Part shown: piece after piece, positions 54,199-62,600 of the stretch
Numbering within the stretch: position 1 is the stretch's first letter
Layout of the letters: each line of letters starts with the position of its first letter
Source: Octopus vulgaris
Taxonomy: Eukaryota
Direction of reading: 5' to 3'
Assembly: GCA_951406725.2 (NCBI GenBank)
Contig: OX597814.1
Location: 20,770,001-20,834,000, forward strand
Length of the DNA stretch: 64,000 nucleotides
Position numbers and translations under genes: made by a program
The notes under the pieces: model-generated
What the model was told of the DNA's origin: nothing
Seen by the model: only the letters and a program-made list of their open reading frames with translations
The model's database searches: none

Positions 54199-56609
54199 GT
54201 ACAGTTTTCAGTGTAGAGTGTATGTTGATTTCACACATGTTGGTTCATCAAGGTTAGTAAGATTTGAGTTAACCACAATCCAAATAAATTTCAAGAGAAG
54301 TTTATATATCAAGAACCAAATGGTTCTTTGTATTGCTTAGAACCAGTAAAATTTTTATAACGTAAAAAAATTTAAACTTACCTGCTACCAATCTGATGAT
54401 ACCTAAAATACCATAAATGGGTTTTACAGAAGCTGCTTCTGGGATTTGGCTTCCAACTGAAGTAAAGAAATATAATCTATTATCAACTTTGACTTATCAC
54501 TTGATTTGACTACTTATTGGAAACATCCTAATACAGAAATATTTTCTAAAACATGATCTTAATTATTGAAGGTAAATTGTACAAAATACCAAGAATTCCA
54601 GTTTTCAGAGCTTAAGGTTGAGTAGAATGAAATAGGCTTTGAAGTACTATGCAAAATTTCTTGTGTCTAGTTACATAGATTTTGTGACTACTGATCATGC
54701 TTGAGAAATTTGATGAGAGGGAAGAGAAGCTACATAGAGGGTAACTGGAAATTCCTACAAGACAGCTTAATTTGTGCCACAGACCAAATCTGCAGCTGGT
54801 GCAAGGTCCTTTCCAGACCTAGAGTAATGTGGTGGTGGAATAATATGGTAGACAAGACCATTGGAGCAAAAAAAAGCCTGGAAGAGTGGGGGTAGAAGGG
54901 AGGCTGGGAGACAGGTATACATTGCCAAGGGAGAAGCAGAAAAGAAGTTTGCCAATGTTCAGTGATGTGAGGACCAAAGAATTGAAGTGTTTTGGATTGC
55001 AAGACAGTGTATGAGAAAATTGTCATGTAGATAAAACAATTAAGGATATGAAGTAAAGCACCCCAGCCCATCAGGAATCACTGCCGAGATGCTTAAAGTA
55101 TCTGGTAGTGTGGGTTAGGGCCTAGTCACCCGTATTGTAAACCAGGTAGTTTATCGATTGCATTCTCACCTGGAATCGATTTTTGCAATTTTTTCAAGAC
55201 TTATACATGCCCTGATACCATCGGTATCTACATATCAAATTTGAGCGCAATCGGATGGAGGCTGCCCGAGATCTTAGAAGACACACACAGACAGATAGAA
55301 CGGATTTTATATAATAGATAGGATGCACATAATAAATTTGTAATTTAACCTTTAGCATCCAGATTTCTTTGTCAAATGTATTGCATATTTATTCACTTTG
55401 TTTTGTATTAATCACACTCTATCTAGTAGTTGCAAGATTTCAATGGTGTGTTTGTATATTTTTAGAATGACATCTATATATATAAAACTGTAGTTGTGTG
55501 AGTGTCTGTCCCCTTCGATTTAGATTCCTAACTACTCCCACATTTTGCGGTGCAGTTTAACCAAATTCGGGTATCTTATAGTCGTGATTCATTTCGAGCC
55601 CGTCTGTCTATTAGCGCGCGTCTACGATGAGTCTACGATTTTAAAAATAATTTAACATCATTTTTTATTCCATTTTAATGCATATTTTTTCGTGTGTCGA
55701 TGGCGGCGGAGTTGGCGTCCACGCTCACGCCTGCACCTGTGTTGCTGTGGGGAAGGGAGTGTAAAGAAATCAACGTCGTAAAGCGTTGTCAAGGAGACCA
55801 GCGTTCTTTTAGAACAACGACTTCATGGCTTGAAGGCACCAAAACAGAAAATGTCTACGATGAGTCAACGATTTAAAAAAAATTTACCATAATTTTTTTT
55901 TCCATTTTTAATGCATTTGTTTTGCTATTTTTTGGCTATAACTCTCTAAAAATGCTTATATAGTTATTTCCCTTACAAACCCGAGCAACGCCGGGCGATA
56001 CTGCTAGTTATATATACAATGTATGGAAGGCTGAAACTAGACAAAATTAGATTGATTTGGTCAGTAAAAGTAAAAATATATTGCCTCATATCAAGTAAGT
56101 TAACGTGCTAGATGAGCTAGCTAGCTTTATTTGCATCAACCAGTGAATATAGTCATATAAATGGTGAAAAAAAAACAGGTCAGATGAAATTTATGATGGT
56201 GTATATCAGTTTATAGTAACTGTGTCCTATAAAGATGAACTTTAATGTTTGTGGTATCAACTTTCATGGTTAGCATTCCAGTAGCTGCATCATCACATAT
56301 TTCCTTTCATTATAAACTACGTTATATCATAATTTGGTTATTTTACTGGAGAAGTAAAATATGATTTCATCACAAACAGGTGATTAGCATTTCCTGACTT
56401 TTTCTGATATTCAATAACCCAAAGGACAAGCTTCTTGACTTTTCACTTAGTCTTCTAATTTTAGAAGCACATAAGTAGTTGAAGTATTACAATACAGAAT
56501 TATAAATAAATGTTAACCTACTCATATACAACAAACATAAAAGTATGTATACATGTATACAAATACACACACACACTATATATGTATATATATGTGTGTG
56601 TGTGTGTGC

Positions 56610-56645
<36 letters not shown>

Positions 56646-59600
56646 ATGTGTGTGTGTATATATATGTATGTATATATGTGTGTGTGTGTGTGTGTAAGTC
56701 AGGACGCCATGATAGATCGTTAGCTCCTACACGCATTTTTTTCTGTGTATCTTTCTGTCGAAAAGCGTAGGCTCGAAACGTAAAAGACTTTTTCTATTTC
56801 TATTCCTGAGCGCTATACTAATACATTTGTCTTTTGTTTATTTTCGTAAACTTTCCCTTTATATATATATATATATATATATATCTATATATAAATAAGT
56901 ATATAATGCAGGCATAGTATAGTTTAAGTGAAGCATTGTGTGACATTTGAAGATTGAAAATTGTTCAAAAGCCAATGCAATGCAGAAACTTTACTTTATA
57001 TTTCTATATTTCAGGGTTAATACTCTTTTGTCAGGAGAAAATGGATGATGGTGTCAAGCAGGTATCTTTTGCTTATTTGAGCAAAGATCTGTTGGTTTCT
57101 GAATATCCACTTCTTTTACCCAAGTACCTCTAGCCAACACTCCTCCTCTTTTAGGTTAGTGTTCTATTGATATCCTTTACTTCCTTACCAGATAATATTA
57201 CTTAGCTGCTTTCATTGACATCCATCAAACATACTTAGACACACACACACTCTCTCTCTCTCTCTCCACACCTTTGTATCAGCATTTACTGCTTCCCTCT
57301 CATCTCAATACTCCAGTAATAAGTGATTGCATCACATCTGTTGGTATCTGATATACCCACCCCTGATCTCATATCTGAAGCAAATATGTAGCTGCCATTA
57401 TCTCTTTCCTTCATGATGATGCTGGAATAATGAGGTCTTGCATCAAATTCATTCTACCCTTCCACCAGCTTTATCTCCCTCAGGTATCTACTGTTATATT
57501 GTGGCACCCGCACTACTCATCACATACCCCACTCTTCTTGCCAGCTAGCAATGCTCTTCTATACTGCTAACCACATCTTTTACAATCTTGCCATCACCCA
57601 CTTTTTAAAACTATCCATTCCTTTCTCTTATTCATCCCTTGCCATTATCGTCACTCTCGATACACTCTGCCATTACTGTCTCTTTTATAACTCCTTCTAG
57701 AACTCTCTTTCTCTCACTGCTTCTCTCTTCATGCTGTTATTTCTTTCCTCCTGTCACTCTAGTGCATCCTTTGCCCTCTCTTTAACCCACTTTGTTTATC
57801 ACACTGGCTTGTATGAATGAAAGGAGCAATGAGGAGCCCTTTTGTTTTGAGGGTGCAAGGCAACCTTAGTGCTGGTACTACAATATAATGCACTTAGTAC
57901 ACTTTGTCAAGTGCTTGGTGAACATAAGGAGACAATATAAGGTCAAGAAGGACCCTTTTTTGAGAATATGACAACCCCTCTAATGTTGGTACCATGATAA
58001 AATGTACACAATACAACCTGTAAACTGGTTAATATTAGGAAGGGCATCTAACTGTAGAAACCACACCCAAATTGAAATATATGAATGAAACATGGCCACC
58101 TAACCTGCCTAAGTGGAGAGTGGCTCCAAATAACTTGTACTTGTGATGGTGTTCAGCCAGGGTGGATTGAGCCAGCTTCTTCTCAGGTCCTGACGACATC
58201 ATGAACCATGGTGGTCCACGCTTGACGGTCCTGTGCGAGGTCACTGGAGATAGCGTGCCATTCGCGGTTCCATCTGCGCACCTGAGAGCTCGGAGAGGTC
58301 CTCCTTTATCGTCGTTGCCCAGGTCTTCAGCTGCTCGCCCGTGCATCTGAGCCAGTTGGGAAGTGGAGGTGGGAGGAGGACATCGCGAATCAGCTCACCC
58401 TCTGGATGCCAAGCTGCATGACCGAAACACCTTAAGCGCTGTTGTAGAAGCACTGAAGGGAGGGGCCGGATATTCAGGCGATGATGAAGACCGGCTGTAG
58501 GAACCCGATCAATGCGTCGGCAGCGAAGACAGTCATTGTCGAACACCTCCAGCCTTCGCTGATCGACTACCCTCATAGGCCATGTTTCACAACCACAGAG
58601 AAGGATAGTACGAACGATGGCCTGGTAGATTCGCCCTTTGGTCACCGAGGAGATCTCTTCTGTCCCACAGGCACTGCTGAAGGCATACAAATGCGGATCT
58701 GGCAGTACCTATGTGACACTCAACCTTAGCTGCGCCCTGGCCTGTTGGAACCACAGTTGACCCAGATAGACGAAGGACTCCACATCCTCCAGCTCCATGC
58801 CCTCGAGAACGATTGGCTGCCATTCATCTGCTGCGACCAGAGACGTCATCACTTTGGTGTTGCCAGTATTGATCCAAAGACCAACAGCTGCTGCATGCAC
58901 CCTTTCAAGAGCATCTTGGGCATCTGCCTGGTTAGAGCCCAAGAGCGCAATGTCATTTGCATAGGCCAGGTCCGTCACCACGACTCCTCTCCCAGCCTCT
59001 ACGCCTGGGTAGTCCAGAAGCACAGTGTTGAGAATGTAATTGATGGCGTAATTGAATAGGATTGGCGAGAGCGCACAACCCTGTCGAAAACCGGTAGTAA
59101 CATCAAATGACTCTGTCTTCCTGCCATAGAACCTCACAGGAGCCCTTGTTGAATGATAGTAGCCCTGTATGAGGTTTAGCAGCTTCACAGGGATACCGTC
59201 TGCCTGCATAATATGCCAGAGGGTTTCCCGATCCACTGAGTTGAAGGCAGCCACAAAATTGATGAAGCAGAGAACAGCAGGTTGTTGGTGCACCCACATC
59301 TGTTCCATGACTTGCCGGAGACTGAAGATTTGATCAACACACCCTCTCCTGGGACAGAAGCTGCCCTGAGAAGGGCGAGTACGGACATCACAGATGGCTT
59401 GGAACTTCTTCAGAAGAAAGATTGCAAAGGTTTTGGCAGCCACATCGATCAAGCTGATGCCTCTGTAGTTGGAACACAGCTTTCTATCACCTTTTTTGAA
59501 GAAAGGTAAAAGAGTTGCCTCGCTCCAGTCATCAGGAAAACACTCCGTCGCCCACACAGCACAGAAGACACGATGGAGCCAGGCTGCGAAGACATCAGGC

Positions 59601-62600
59601 TCGGCCTCGTAGATCTCAAATAAGAACTGACTTGACTGTTAAAGTCTGTTCAACACATACCAGCATGAAAAGCAAATGGAAAATGATGTTAATAATAAGA
59701 ATGACTTTATATATCTCACCAACATCATTTTAATGTCTCCTTTTCCATAATTACATGGGTCAGATAGTTTAATGAGGCAAATTAAACTATGGTCAGATAT
59801 CCTTCCTGTCATCACCCCTTACCCATTTTCAAGCAAGGTAATAGTTCTGCATGTCCAGACTTTCTTTTTGGAGATTATTGAAAATGAATGACATTCATTT
59901 ACAAGTCATGCAATGTCAAAACAGGAGAGACAAACATATATGCAATCACTTGTCTCTTTCTCACACACACAATAAGCATCATTCAAATTCTGTCAACCAA
60001 ATTAACTCACAAGGTTTCACTGACCCAATGTACCATGCAATGGGACTGAATTCAAGCATACATGGTTGCAAAACAAGCTTCTTAACCACACTGGTGCCTA
60101 TATTTTACCCACACCCACATTTTTTTTTTTTTTTTGCATTATACTTGCTCTAGATAAGCATTCAATTATGGCCAAATCACACAGATATAATTAGTCAAAA
60201 GACTGAAGGCTACATACATTTCACATATTTATTACTCTCTGAACATCCGCTTACAAAAAAATGCATTTACATTAGTAAAGATCCTCTGTCATTTCAAGAT
60301 TTTGTAGGCTGATTTTTTTTTTTACCTTTAGAGCAGTAACACAATCTGTGATAAAGCACTTACATATTGATTCTTTACAGTATAGGTAACATAGAGTGAA
60401 CTGAGGTACAAGAGGTTAACATATTTATTTAACCACTTGTCATCCTTAAGGTTACAGCCGTTTTGCAGCTTTCATCATATAATAATAATTTCAGTGTATA
60501 ATAAATTATTTTACATGTCTGCATTAATATGTATGCTATGAAGGATACAACTGTATACTTACAAATTAGAACAGATAAAGAAAGCTAGCTCTGATGAGCT
60601 AGAACATCATGGTTACAGTTTATTTAGACAGAAAATATTTTGAGACCTTTTGACCCTATTTGAAAATAACTGTTGTTCAATATTATCTCTTGGTTTAATT
60701 TTTATGTCTCCAGTTGTCTGTTTCCTATTGAATTCATTCATGTTAAGTTTTGTTATATTTTTATATGTAGTTTTACATACTTTCAACATTTTTTTATTTA
60801 TTTAACTACTTTACTTCCTTTCCTAGCCTTTCCTGTTAACATTAAGGACGGTCAGTTTCCTGAACTTAGATACAGCACCTTGATATGAAACAAAATGTAT
60901 TTATTATTTATATTTTTAATGATCATACCAAGCTAATTTTATTAAGTATGGGCCTTCAATACATTGTATTTATAAAGAGTAAATTTTGTATGGATACTTA
61001 AGAGTTGAAGCATTAATATGACCATCATGTTCTAGTGATCTGATGAGCTAGCTTTCTTTATCTGCACTGATTTGTAAATATACAATTGCATTGTATAATG
61101 CATAGCATGCATATTCGAGCAGACATCATCATCATTTAACATCAGTTTTCCATGCTGACATGGGTTGGATGGTTTAACAGGAGCTGACCAGCTGAAGAGT
61201 TCCCAGGGCTCCATTTGTTTGTTTTTACATGATGTCAACAGTAGGTCAGATCTGGACGCCCTTCCTAATGCCAACCACTTTACAAACTGTACTGAGTATT
61301 TTACTTGGCACCAACACACATGAGCCACAAGATTAGGATTACTTGGCTGAGAGAGAGAGATGTAGAAGATTAGCTTGTATGCATGAACGGTCATGATTTT
61401 ACTTAGCCAACATGCCCGCTCAAGCAGAGCAAACTACCCTGTAAAATAATTTATTATACACTGATATTATTATTACATGATGAAGGCTGGTGAAACAGCT
61501 GCAACCCTAAGGATGACAAGTGATTAAATAAATATATTCACCTCTCATACCTCCTGACTTTTAGTTTATATATTACTCATGAAATAATTTCATCAACCAG
61601 ATTTCCTCGATTTCAGCTGCATAGAACTCTGCATTACATCCCTCTGTCCTAGATTACTATGTAGTCTGCTAGCCAGGGCTGCTAGGGGAGCTTCCTGTGA
61701 TAGCCACATAATTATATGAATCCATATATTACACTACAAATATATATATATTTATATATATATATATATTGAAGAAATTAGAGTCAAAAAGAAGGAGTAC
61801 GGTTGAACATTTATTTATTATTTGCTACAATTGTTTCACTGCAATGTACTGTTTGCTGCAAGAGCAAACACCATGGGTCTATCAACCGCTACTAAATTCA
61901 CACCACGACAGAGATGACCTTGAAGTTGAAGATTTTAAGCTAACAGAGACAACACTCGTATATCACCTGAGGAAACACAACTAGATCTAATTATGCCAAC
62001 AAACAGTTGCATAATCAAATATCTGTATTCTTGGAGAACTACATTGCAGTGAAACAATTGTAGCAAATAATAAATAAATGTCCCATATTCCTTCTTCTTA
62101 ACTCCAATTTCTTCAATTTTACAGTCACAAACAATGAATACTCAAACTTAAACTTGGAAGCATATAACACTACCAATAGTCCTGAGTAATTCTGAAAGTG
62201 AATGAGCTTTATACTATACTTTACCTATTTCTTTACTACCCACAAGGGGCTAAACACAGAGAGGACAAACAAGGTCAGACAAATGGATTAAGTCGATTAT
62301 ATTGACTCCAGTGCGTAACTGGTACTTAATTTATCGACCCCTGAAAGGATGAAAGGCAAAGTCGACCTCGGCGGAATTTGAACTCAGAACGTAACGGCAG
62401 ACGAAATACCACTAAGCATTTCACCTGGCATGCTAATGTTTCTGCCAGCTCCTAATGGAATACAACTATATATATAATCAAATGAATAATAACAGATGAT
62501 GGATAATTGTCAGCTGACAATAATCCACTGTTTGTTATTATTCACCATCATCATTTAACATCTGCCTTCCATGCATACATAGGTAGGATGGTTGGCAGGA

